Source: a virus. From it: DNA of 41,663 nt. The stretch is from the UHGV virus genome UHGV-0121576; one strand, 5' to 3'. Position numbers and translations under genes: made by a program. Under the pieces are notes generated by a model. It saw only the letters and a program-made list of their open reading frames with translations, did not search any database and was not told where the DNA came from. Below are positions 24,800 to 32,597 of the stretch, piece after piece (within the stretch, counting starts at the first letter, position 1; each line of letters starts with the position of its first letter).

Positions 24800-25319
24800 T
24801 CAGCAACCCCGGTATCAGTTCATCCAGCGCGGCTGCTTTGTTCATGGCTTTGATGATATCCCGTTTCAGGAAATCAATATGCCGGTTATCCAGCTCAGGA
24901 AAACGTCGCTGCACCGACAGAGGAATACCGTCGAGAATACTGGATATTTCCCTTGCTATACGCGACAGCACGAAAGTACAGAATGCGGTTTCCACCACTT
25001 CAGCCGATTCTTTGGCATTTTTCAGTTCTTGCGCCGTCGCCTGAGCACGAGTCAGGCGATGGCGCTCAAATTCAAGTGTTCCGGGGTGAAGATCTGCCTC
25101 GCTGGCTAGCCGTAATTCTTCAACCTCCCGGCGCAGCTTTTCGTTCTCAATTTCAGCATCCCTTTCGGCATACCATTTTATGACGGCGGCAGAGTCATAA
25201 AGCACCTCATTACCCTTTCCACCGCCTCGCAGAACGGGCATTCCCTGCTCCTGCCAGTTCTGAATGGTACGGATACTCGCACCGAAAATGTCAGCCAGCT
25301 GCTTTTTGTTGACTTCCAT
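24774..25319 (-). CDS. Nu1: Terminase small subunit Nu1
   Basis: MEVNKKQLADIFGASIRTIQNWQEQGMPVLRGGGKGNEVLYDSAAVIKWYAERD matches lambda Nu1 almost residue for residue as recalled. Confidence 0.9.
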
Positions 25320-25324
25320 TGTTC

Positions 25325-25520
25325 ATTCCACGGACAAAAACAGAGAAAGGAAACGACAGAGGCCAAAAGGCCTGTTTTCAGCACCTGTCGTTTCCTTTCT
25401 TTTCAGGGGGTGTTTTAAATAAAAACATTAAGTTACGGAGAAGAAGAACGGAAACGCCTTAAACCGGAAAATTTTCATAAATAGCGAAAACCCGCGCGCC
25501 TTCCGCCCCGTAGCCTGCCG
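25325..25520 (-). other. cos site in joined (uncut) form: cosB-like R-site/IHF region and cosN-equivalent (25497-25508)
   Basis: Reverse complement of 25380-25500 aligns with the lambda left-end sequence (CGCGGGTTTTCGCTATTTATGAAAATTTTCCGGTTTAAGGCGTTTCCGTTCTTCTTC...); the 12-nt overhang-equivalent reads GGGCGGAAGGCG. Confidence 0.7.
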
Positions 25521-25580
25521 GATCGCCGGAAAGGACCCGCAAAGGTGAGAATAATTATCACTTGCATTAATATCCAGCTT

Positions 25581-25749
25581 CTTCCACCATCGCACCGGAC
25601 GGGCGACTATGAGGGACAAAACCGCGCACCATAAACGCGGTAAAAACCCGGTGTGCATCGTTTTTGATTATTTCCGCACACTCGCGCAGAGGAGTTCCCC
25701 GTCGGGCTACGGTCATGGTTAATGCGGAAATACGGCGACGATGCAGCGC
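25581..25749. repeat. Direct repeat copy A (169 bp; last 113 bp identical to copy B)
   Basis: Seen directly: 25637-25749 is identical to 26587-26699; the 5-prime 56 bp are about 80 percent identical. Confidence 0.9.
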
Positions 25750-25869
25750 ATGATGTGTCAGGCTTGAATACCTTTATCCGTTAAAAGGGATATCAGTTAA
25801 GTTATCCCGTGCAGGGTATAAGCCATTATCAAAGCCACTCAGTAGCGAATGGCTTTTGTAATGGACTAT

Positions 25870-26466
25870 TTAATTAGTGATGCTGCGTGGCTTCATACAA
25901 ATTTCAGAAATATGATTCTTTTCGTCCAAATGATGCTGGACATCATTTTTATCATCACTCAACAACTCTGCTGTTAATACAATCCCTGCTGTCTCAGATT
26001 TCCAGGAAATGCTGATATCCTGATCATCTGCATCAACATCATATTTTATCGAGTAAGGACTAAAGCTACGTCCAACGAACGCATCATTTACCAGTACACG
26101 CCCACCCTGTCTGACCTGAAAGTCAACGCGCCCTGAAAGCTGATTTGCTGTTACAAGCAATGCCTTTTTTCTTTTTGTTTTATTGCTCATTGCCACCAAC
26201 TGTTCAGCCATCTCTCTTGTCACACTACCAGAAACTCTTTCTTGAATTTTCACAGAAAATTTTCTGGATGTAGTAGCATCGACATTAAAAAATCTGGATG
26301 TCATCAGGCAGTTATTAACAATTGGCATCAGCTCACTTACGATTGTAAAAAATTCCCGGTAAAGCTCATTTTGCTTTTCAACACACAGCTTTCCACAATC
26401 GTCCAGCTTACGCTCAAGAGCACTTAATCTTTCCATTATTGAATTAATTTTTTGCAACTCTTTCAT
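25870..26466 (-). CDS. Hypothetical 198-aa protein (AT-rich cargo gene, N-terminal coiled-coil), function unknown
   Basis: ORF from ATG with AGGAGG RBS (minus strand GTCAGGAGGTTTTGATGAAAGAG); codon usage is AT-rich against GC-rich flanks; the upstream in-frame 87 codons cross the repeat and palindrome and are rejected. Confidence 0.55.
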   Translation of the reverse strand: MKELQKINSIMERLSALERKLDDCGKLCVEKQNELYREFFTIVSELMPIVNNCLMTSRFFNVDATTSRKFSVKIQERVSGSVTREMAEQLVAMSNKTKRKKALLVTANQLSGRVDFQVRQGGRVLVNDAFVGRSFSPYSIKYDVDADDQDISISWKSETAGIVLTAELLSDDKNDVQHHLDEKNHISEICMKPRSITN

Positions 26467-26489
26467 CAAAACCTCCTGACAAAGATACC

Positions 26490-26507
26490 GTGCGACCACG
26501 GTCGCAC
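26490..26507. promoter_or_regulatory. sopC-like centromere palindrome GTGCGACCACGGTCGCAC (site 1)
   Basis: 8-bp inverted arms around a central AC; core GACCACGGTC is identical to the F sopC repeat core as recalled. Confidence 0.6.
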
Positions 26508-26530
26508 GCTCCTGAATACATGCCCTGTTT

Positions 26531-26699
26531 CTTCCACCCTCGCACAGGACTGGCGAGCATGAGGGACAAACCCGCGAATCATTAGCGCGGTAAAAACCCG
26601 GTGTGCATCGTTTTTGATTATTTCCGCACACTCGCGCAGAGGAGTTCCCCGTCGGGCTACGGTCATGGTTAATGCGGAAATACGGCGACGATGCAGCGC
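26531..26699. repeat. Direct repeat copy B (169 bp), bracketed by palindrome sites 1 and 2
   Basis: See copy A; exactly 950 bp offset. Confidence 0.9.
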
Positions 26700-26709
26700 G
26701 GTATTTAAT

Positions 26710-26727
26710 GTGCGACCACGGTCGCAC
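26710..26727. promoter_or_regulatory. sopC-like centromere palindrome GTGCGACCACGGTCGCAC (site 2)
   Basis: Identical to site 1, 220 bp away, same orientation. Confidence 0.6.
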
Positions 26728-26746
26728 ACGAGAAACAAAGAGATTT

Positions 26747-27058
26747 TTATGCTACAGAGGAACAAGCTGGCGGGTAATTCAGCGTAGTGAATACCGGCAT
26801 CTCCATCTTGTATGCGTAATGATACTCAGCAGTTGCTCCAGCAGACGCTTTCCAGCCAGGAAGCATCAAAATAGCATCAGCACAACGAAGCATTGCAAAG
26901 CAAATATCCATGTATTCACGTTGTGTCAGACCATTAGGCAAAGTGGCTGGATTCAAGACAGAGTGACCATGTCGTGACAAACGATCTGCCTCTTTATTAA
27001 AGGCGTCACGATTAAAGTTCTCATATCCAGTCATTGGCCCGGCAATATAAATTTTCAT
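26747..27058 (-). CDS. DUF4406-like protein (nucleoside 2-deoxyribosyltransferase-like fold), function unknown
   Basis: N-terminal MKIYIAGPMTG...NF motif typical of this family as recalled; sits between Rz and the cargo gene. Confidence 0.55.
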   Translation of the reverse strand: MKIYIAGPMTGYENFNRDAFNKEADRLSRHGHSVLNPATLPNGLTQREYMDICFAMLRCADAILMLPGWKASAGATAEYHYAYKMEMPVFTTLNYPPACSSVA

Positions 27059-27099
27059 TCACTATCCAACAAATTGAGTTCGTTTTTGATACAGAGGGA

Positions 27100-27558
27100 T
27101 TAATTCAGGCATTGCGTCTTGATGTATTCCTGCAAGTAGTTAACCTGCGCAGTTATCCTGTCGATCCCACTTCGGAGACGGTAATAATTGAGTTCAGCAT
27201 CTGCTGTAAGTCTTGGGCTTTCTCCATTGCCCATGCCGCTGGCTCCGGTCGTTGACTTTGCACAGGTGGCGGCGACTTGCAGGCGCTTACGCCCAGCAGA
27301 AACATCAGCACGGAGACTTTCGATAGTCGCGTTAGCATCAGCAAGCTCCTTCGTGTATTTTGCATCGAGCGCAGCAACATCACGCTGACGCTGCTGCATG
27401 TCAGCGATGGTGGCGGTCGCCTGCTTCAGCTCACTGACTTTTTTATCACGCTGTTCTTTGTAGGCGATGGCGTTATCACGGTAATGATTAACAGCCCACG
27501 ACAGGCAGACGATGATGCAGATAACCAGTGCGGAGATAATTGCGGTTACTCTGCTCAT
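27100..27558 (-). CDS. Rz: Spanin inner-membrane subunit Rz
   Basis: From internal Met [31 protein letters not shown] matches lambda Rz; start overlaps the endolysin stop. Confidence 0.85.
   Translation of the reverse strand: MSRVTAIISALVICIIVCLSWAVNHYRDNAIAYKEQRDKKVSELKQATATIADMQQRQRDVAALDAKYTKELADANATIESLRADVSAGRKRLQVAATCAKSTTGASGMGNGESPRLTADAELNYYRLRSGIDRITAQVNYLQEYIKTQCLN
27153..27338 (-). CDS. Rz1: Spanin outer-membrane lipoprotein Rz1, embedded in the +1 frame of Rz
   Basis: Lipobox LLGVSAC followed by Pro-rich [16 protein letters not shown], entirely inside Rz. Confidence 0.7.
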   Translation of the reverse strand: MLTRLSKVSVLMFLLGVSACKSPPPVQSQRPEPAAWAMEKAQDLQQMLNSIITVSEVGSTG

Positions 27559-28055
27559 TGCTGCCCCCACAAACAGACTTCACGCTCAATCTCACGGCGA
27601 GTCATCAGCCCTTTCCATTGCTTACCGCCAGCATATGTCCAGCGACGTAGTTGATCACATGCACCTTTGATATCGCCCTGGTTGATTTTGCGAAGAAGTG
27701 TCGATGTTCTGAAATTGCCTGCACCCACGTTGTAAACGAACGAGTAAAGAGCACCACGCGTTGTTTCCGGTATATCGACTTTGATGTACGGGTTAATTTG
27801 TCTGGCGACAGTAGCAAGGTCTTTATTCAGGAGAGCTTTGCATTCTGCTTCGGTATACGTTTTACCGAGCATAATGTCTTTTCCTGTATGCCCGTAACAT
27901 ACAGTCCATACACCAACGATGTCTTTGTAGGGGTTATGTCTCACACCTTCCAGACCATCGTTGCCGCTCGGACCAGAGATGAGCACAGATGCTATGGCAA
28001 TAGCCCCGCCACCAATAGCAGTTGCGACAGCTTTGCGTAATGATGACTGCATCAT
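27555..28055 (-). CDS. R: SAR (signal-anchor-release) endolysin, T4-lysozyme-like (GH24)
   Basis: N-terminal Gly/Ala-rich SAR segment [21 protein letters not shown] then [25 protein letters not shown]; matches phage 21-type endolysin as recalled. Confidence 0.85.
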   Translation of the reverse strand: MMQSSLRKAVATAIGGGAIAIASVLISGPSGNDGLEGVRHNPYKDIVGVWTVCYGHTGKDIMLGKTYTEAECKALLNKDLATVARQINPYIKVDIPETTRGALYSFVYNVGAGNFRTSTLLRKINQGDIKGACDQLRRWTYAGGKQWKGLMTRREIEREVCLWGQQ

Positions 28056-28324
28056 ATTTCCTTCGGTGCTCTCTTTCCCAATTCACCAATAACCATCGCC
28101 GTGGCGGAAATATTATTGGCATCAGTTTTATCCAATATGTCCTGCAATATCTTCGTGCGCTTCATCTGCTCGCGTTTATTGAGCCGGTATGTAAGTACAC
28201 CGAGGATAATGCTGAACGCGACACCGATAATGAAGCCCCAATCCTGCAATGACAGGCTGGCAAAGAACGCAGTAAGACCAGCACTACCATAAGATGCGCT
28301 GCTGTATCGTTCATCCATCTTCAT
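28052..28324 (-). CDS. Holin (class II / pinholin-like) with MKM dual-start motif
   Basis: 90 aa, two transmembrane segments, charged C-terminus, immediately upstream of and overlapping the SAR endolysin gene. Confidence 0.65.
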   Translation of the reverse strand: MKMDERYSSASYGSAGLTAFFASLSLQDWGFIIGVAFSIILGVLTYRLNKREQMKRTKILQDILDKTDANNISATAMVIGELGKRAPKEI

Positions 28325-28419
28325 ATCTCTTACCTCGCAATAGTTGCTGAGGTTTCGGCTTGGAAACTATACGGCGAGAAATAACCCCATCAAAAACGGC
28401 AGGGGAATATATTCTTCAG

Positions 28420-29541
28420 TTACTCAAATAACTTTTTCACTTCATCAACTGTCTGAAGATAACGTTCACCCTCAATCTCAATACCGATTGCCTGACGACC
28501 TAACTTCAGCGCGGCTTTAATAGTAGAGCCTGATCCCATAAAGAAATCGGCAACGATATCTCCGGGGCGGGAACTACTTTTTATAATATGTTCCATCATC
28601 GCTGCAGGTTTTTCACATGGGTGCTTGCCAGGATAATATTGCACAGGAGGAAACTCCCATACATCGGTATAAGGTACATCAGCAGTAACATGAAATGGGC
28701 GGCGCAAATTTTCATACTGAGCCTTCAAATCATCATACTGCTTCTTTACTTCCTCATAACGCAATTTCAGATCGCTATAACGCTTTTCATGTTCTGAATA
28801 ATCAACATTAAAAGGATATGGACACGGGACACCGAGTGAATCTGCCTTCCTGCGAAATAATTCGCATAGTTTATTAAAATCACTTAATGATGGAAGCCGC
28901 CACTGCGAATAAGAAAACCAGTGCGAACACATCTGCTTTCCTGTTGCTGAATTAATGTCTGCGGCTGATATATCTAACTGACGGCGAGCCAGCGAAAAAG
29001 CATCAATTAGTGGAGAAAAAATATTTTTTCTTAAATCTGCACATTTTGAAGCATAACCTGACTGACCTTTAGCATAACCTGACGCGCCGTAATGCTCTGC
29101 AAATAATATTCTTTCAGTGGCAGGAAAATAAGCCCTTAAACTTTCTTTATGACAACCGCGCCACATACCACTGGGTTTAGCCCAAATGATAAGGTTCAGA
29201 ACATTGAAACGGTCGCGAGTTAATAATTCAATTTTTGACGCAAGGCGAGAGCCGGTAAACATATACAGGCTGCCATTAGGGGCCAATATCCGCCAAAATT
29301 CTGCCAAAAATTCATCAATCCACCCCAAAAAGTCAGCATCGCTATCCCACTGGTTATCCCATGCGTTAGCCTTTACGCCGAAGTATGGTGGGTCTGTTGC
29401 AATCAAATTGACCGAGTTATCAGGGATGGTTTTGATAAATTGCAGAGAATCTGCGCAAACGAGTTGCGCGCCATGAATATTAGTGGTTTTGAACATAGCT
29501 ATTATTTTTTTGCCTGGGTAAGCTAACCCGGCGATGCGCAT
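28420..29541 (-). CDS. Orphan DNA methyltransferase (N6-adenine or N4-cytosine, beta class)
   Basis: Motif IV DPPYF near the N-terminus and motif I FFMGSGST near the C-terminus; no adjacent restriction endonuclease; true start may be the internal Met at about 29496. Confidence 0.8.
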   Translation of the reverse strand: MRIAGLAYPGKKIIAMFKTTNIHGAQLVCADSLQFIKTIPDNSVNLIATDPPYFGVKANAWDNQWDSDADFLGWIDEFLAEFWRILAPNGSLYMFTGSRLASKIELLTRDRFNVLNLIIWAKPSGMWRGCHKESLRAYFPATERILFAEHYGASGYAKGQSGYASKCADLRKNIFSPLIDAFSLARRQLDISAADINSATGKQMCSHWFSYSQWRLPSLSDFNKLCELFRRKADSLGVPCPYPFNVDYSEHEKRYSDLKLRYEEVKKQYDDLKAQYENLRRPFHVTADVPYTDVWEFPPVQYYPGKHPCEKPAAMMEHIIKSSSRPGDIVADFFMGSGSTIKAALKLGRQAIGIEIEGERYLQTVDEVKKLFE

Positions 29542-29631
29542 CGCGGGTGGGCTTTAGGTTCAGCCTATAGCTCTGGCATGGGTTGACCGCAGGACAAGCT
29601 GCAACTTGTCCTGCGCCCACTTTTCAGGCAC

Positions 29632-29655
29632 AAAAAAACCGCCATAAAGGCGGCT
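29632..29655 (-). terminator. Promoter-proximal intrinsic terminator in the late-operon leader (tR-prime-like)
   Basis: Minus strand GCCGCC-TTTA-TGGCGG followed by TTTTTTT, about 40 nt downstream of the candidate late promoter. Confidence 0.5.
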
Positions 29656-29691
29656 TGTTGGCTGTTGGGTACAAAAAACCCAACTTAACAA

Positions 29692-29720
29692 ACAATAACT
29701 AAAAACCGTAATTTTGCCAA
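29692..29720 (-). promoter_or_regulatory. Candidate late promoter (-35 TTGGCA, 17-nt spacer, -10 TATTGT)
   Basis: Sigma-70-like hexamers read on the minus strand, 20 bp downstream of palindrome site 3. Confidence 0.35.
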
Positions 29721-29739
29721 GCTTTTTCGTTTTTGTGCT

Positions 29740-29757
29740 GTGCGACCGTGGTCGCAC
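29740..29757. promoter_or_regulatory. sopC-like centromere palindrome GTGCGACCGTGGTCGCAC (site 3, opposite orientation)
   Basis: Same arms as sites 1 and 2 with central GT; flanking CT and AG extend the symmetry to 22 bp. Confidence 0.6.
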
Positions 29758-29762
29758 AGTTT

Positions 29763-29990
29763 TTAGAAAGTTGCCTGCTTATATTCATCGGTCAAAGAAT
29801 ATCGACCAGACCCGCTACGCTTTGCAACCCCAAAACAGATCATCTGTTCGATGATAAATTCAACGGCAGCTTGACTCAAAAAACAGGCTTCGCTTAACTC
29901 TTTCAGGGAAATGCGTGGGTATCCACGCATAACACATTCCACACTCAGGGCCGCTTCAGTCATATTTCCACGAATTTCATTAATATTCAT
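29763..29990 (-). CDS. Hypothetical 75-aa protein (possible small DNA-binding protein)
   Basis: ORF only; last gene before the late-promoter leader. Confidence 0.4.
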   Translation of the reverse strand: MNINEIRGNMTEAALSVECVMRGYPRISLKELSEACFLSQAAVEFIIEQMICFGVAKRSGSGRYSLTDEYKQATF

Positions 29991-30003
29991 AACGCCTCTC
30001 TAA

Positions 30004-30243
30004 TCAATCTTGAAACTGGAAATCAACATCAGCCATAAAGCGGTTCAACTCAGCCAGTTTTGGCCCCATAGTCCCAACTAAGCGACCAGCCAGTCGGTCT
30101 GCCAGGTTGGTACTGTTGAAACCATATTCCTTTTCGAAACGTTCAACCTTCTGCCACAACTCATACAGTTCGTTAGCTATCTCCGCAACGTCGTCGCGCA
30201 TTTTTTCGTTACCTTGATAATTCATAATATCCTCCAAATTCAT
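30004..30243 (-). CDS. Hypothetical 79-aa acidic protein
   Basis: ORF only; divergent from the toxin-antitoxin promoter region. Confidence 0.4.
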   Translation of the reverse strand: MNLEDIMNYQGNEKMRDDVAEIANELYELWQKVERFEKEYGFNSTNLADRLAGRLVGTMGPKLAELNRFMADVDFQFQD

Positions 30244-30390
30244 ATAGTTAGTGGGTTATTGCCCCTCAATGACACGAACTGTAACTCTGCCAAACGAACA
30301 CATCCAGTGTTATTTTTCACTTTTTAGTGAAATTTTTAATTTGCGCTTTTTTCTTGTTTTGGTGTATTTTATGGCTATGGAGGCTATAAT

Positions 30391-30702
30391 ATGTTTAACG
30401 TGATAACCCACCCTGCAGCACTGGATGAACTGCTTGAACTACCAGATGATTTGCGAGGTCGCATGACCAGATTAATTGAGCGACTGGAGAAGGAAGGCAA
30501 CAAACTGAAGATGCCCCATAGCCGTGTAATAGGTGGAGGGCTTTTTGAACTACGAGTAGGGGATAAAAACATCGCAAGAACGCTGTACGCCTACGCGACT
30601 GGTAACGAAATTTATCTATTGCATGCATTTGTAAAAAAGACACAGAAAACACCGGTGAAGGCTATCGAAATCGCCAGAACTCGCCTGAAGGAGATGAACT
30701 GA
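30391..30702 (+). CDS. Type II toxin, RelE/ParE superfamily, Gp49-like (HigB-like)
   Basis: LFELRV...ARTLYAYATGNEIYLLHAFVKKTQKTP motif typical of the phage Gp49-like toxin family (named after N15 gp49) as recalled; followed by an overlapping HTH gene. Confidence 0.7.
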   Translation: MFNVITHPAALDELLELPDDLRGRMTRLIERLEKEGNKLKMPHSRVIGGGLFELRVGDKNIARTLYAYATGNEIYLLHAFVKKTQKTPVKAIEIARTRLKEMN

Positions 30703-30989
30703 TGAAAGCGAAAGGCATCCCGTTTAACGAAGTAAAAGAAAAACTTCTCAACACTCCAGAAGCCATCAAAGGATATGAAGAGGCCGATAAAGAGCTGGAG
30801 ATGGTCGAAATGTTATACGAAATGAGGGAAAGAGCAGGTTTAACGAAGTCAGCTCTGGCTGAACGAATGGGATTGCGCCCGTCAGCTATCAGCCGCCTGG
30901 AAAGCAATCCTTTAGGGGCAAGCATGAAAACTTTATCAAAATATGCCCAAGCATGCGGTGCAACGATTAATATTAATGCCGTCTATTGA
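30702..30989 (+). CDS. HTH XRE-family antitoxin (HigA-like)
   Basis: HTH LTKSALAERMGLRPSAISRLE; start overlaps the toxin stop (ATGA). Confidence 0.7.
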   Translation: MKAKGIPFNEVKEKLLNTPEAIKGYEEADKELEMVEMLYEMRERAGLTKSALAERMGLRPSAISRLESNPLGASMKTLSKYAQACGATININAVY

Positions 30990-31006
30990 TTAGACCCTTT
31001 TCGCTA

Positions 31007-31026
31007 CCCCGTCCAGAAGGGCGGGG
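31007..31026 (+). terminator. Hairpin after the toxin-antitoxin pair (weak T-tract)
   Basis: CCCCGTCC-AGAA-GGGCGGGG stem-loop between convergent genes. Confidence 0.3.
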
Positions 31027-31032
31027 TGTGTA

Positions 31033-31251
31033 TCAATGATGCAAACACTCAACAGCAATAACTTGTTGGCAATTCTGAGCAATCTCCCGCGACATACTAA
31101 CAAGTCGTGAAATCTCGCCAAGATGCAAGCTGGCTTCTGGAGAAGCCAGAGCAACGCTAACCAGATCTAAAACGGCGTCGATGTCTTTTAGGTTTGATCC
31201 GAGTTCTTCAAGAGTTGATACAGGTGCTTCAGTCATTGAATCTAATACCAT
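31033..31251 (-). CDS. Hypothetical 72-aa acidic protein
   Basis: ORF only; preceded by a 240-bp non-coding region. Confidence 0.35.
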   Translation of the reverse strand: MVLDSMTEAPVSTLEELGSNLKDIDAVLDLVSVALASPEASLHLGEISRLVSMSREIAQNCQQVIAVECLHH

Positions 31252-31493
31252 TTAATTAAAAAAGGTTATTTGATACTGTATAAAATTACAGGGTAAAACT
31301 CAAATTTTATAGCCAACTTTCAATGGATTAACTGGTTAAATATCTTTGTAGTCCGATACTTATGTTCCCTTCCTACGCCTCGCCCAACCACTTTCAAAAG
31401 CCCATCACCACCATCAGAAAAGCTCTTTTCGCTCCGTTTTCGTATCATTTCAAAAAGCAATGCCTTTTTGTCCATTTATCCCTCCGTGACCAG

Positions 31494-31820
31494 TCACACT
31501 TTGAGCGCAAGTTTCAGCCTCGTGGTTGTAAGGTGGCATGAGCCTTCACCATCAAAAATGCATTCTGAAACAGGCATTTTTTGACCACATCGCGGACAAG
31601 TAGTAGATAGCTGTTTCTGCAACTCCTTATAGTTTTTCCTGATCAGCAGTCCGATGACTTCGTTCTCTGAATATGGAACTCGCCCTGGTCTACGCAATAC
31701 ACAAATTTCCCCCAACATACGTAACTCGTCAGGTTCCAGAATCCAGTCACGTCTTGATGTTCCTTCCTTCTTCAACCGTTCCCTGCGTCTTCTTTGCCGT
31801 TCTGCCGGTGTCAGCGCCAT
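31494..31820 (-). CDS. Hypothetical protein with N-terminal arginine-rich motif and C-terminal CxxC...CxxxxC cluster
   Basis: MALTPAERQRRRRERLKKEG then CPRCGQKMPVSECIFDGEGSCH; last gene of a five-gene overlapping cluster. Confidence 0.45.
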   Translation of the reverse strand: MALTPAERQRRRRERLKKEGTSRRDWILEPDELRMLGEICVLRRPGRVPYSENEVIGLLIRKNYKELQKQLSTTCPRCGQKMPVSECIFDGEGSCHLTTTRLKLALKV

Positions 31821-31835
31821 AAATCCTCCTAAAAA

Positions 31836-32597
31836 TTACTTAACCCAATTAACTACACCGCCAGCGGCCACAACCGCTTTTTCACAGTCACGCTCATATC
31901 TCAAAGGTTGAAATACACCATCAATAAAATATTTATCTCCACCACATGCTGCTGGAAGTGAAACAGAAAACTGAATACGACCATCATCTGGCATTTGCTC
32001 ACTACAGCTTATCCAACCATCCGGAGTTACCGGATAGTTGCCCGATAGCGCATTACGCAATCGCTCCAGCTTCACGTATTCCTGAACCCTGTTTCCGTCG
32101 CATGCCTGAAGCCATTGCGCAGCCTTTTGCGCATCAGTGTGAAAGGCACAAGTGCGACCGTCATCAAATTGCATTTCGTAGAGGTCAGCAACTTGTTCAA
32201 ACTGCGTGTGTTGTGACTTGTAAGTTTGGCTTACAGGTTCGGCACCATGAAGCATGGCGGCGCGGCAGGAGTTCCAGCCTCTCACCTCTGCAATAGCGGC
32301 AACAGCATCGACCGCGTACATTTTAAGAGGGTTAGGCATTGTTTTTTCTTCAGGTACTACTGGCACTGGAGGGGCGGCATAAACAGGAATAACGTCCGCT
32401 TGCTCTTTATTGCTTTCATCCGTTAAAGCCCAGAATAATTTCCCGGCCGGATGTTTGAAAATATAAGCAACTGGATCTGCTTCCAGCGATGCCAGTGCAA
32501 TTTCATAAGCACGGCGCTCAATATTGTCTCGAACGTCCAAGCTGCCTATGCGCTCTTTGATTTCTTTAATCAGTTCTTTGTCGGTAAACGTGATCAT
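31836..32597 (-). CDS. Hypothetical phage protein (about 253 aa from the internal Met MITFTDKELIKEIK)
   Basis: Start overlaps the upstream stop (TAATG); no confident family assignment. Confidence 0.45.
   Translation of the reverse strand: MITFTDKELIKEIKERIGSLDVRDNIERRAYEIALASLEADPVAYIFKHPAGKLFWALTDESNKEQADVIPVYAAPPVPVVPEEKTMPNPLKMYAVDAVAAIAEVRGWNSCRAAMLHGAEPVSQTYKSQHTQFEQVADLYEMQFDDGRTCAFHTDAQKAAQWLQACDGNRVQEYVKLERLRNALSGNYPVTPDGWISCSEQMPDDGRIQFSVSLPAACGGDKYFIDGVFQPLRYERDCEKAVVAAGGVVNWVK

Noticed and set aside
25428-25658. 76-aa ORF across the cos region
   Set aside because: Covers cosN/cosB and the repeat; the region is a conserved non-coding packaging site
25581-26699. Possible CRISPR array or insertion sequence suggested by the direct repeats
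   Set aside because: Only two repeat copies, 169 bp long and 950 bp apart, with no spacer periodicity, no terminal inverted repeats and no transposase ORF
26467-26727. Upstream 87 codons of the 285-aa ORF (MRPWSH...) and the same MRPWSH start on ORF 34504-34731
   Set aside because: MRPWSH is simply the translation of the 18-bp palindrome; the extension runs through the GC-rich repeat, whereas a strong RBS and ATG at 26466 fit the AT-rich gene
29560-29757. 65-aa ORF over the late-operon leader
   Set aside because: Overlaps the promoter, terminator hairpins and palindrome; no RBS; better explained as regulatory RNA-coding leader
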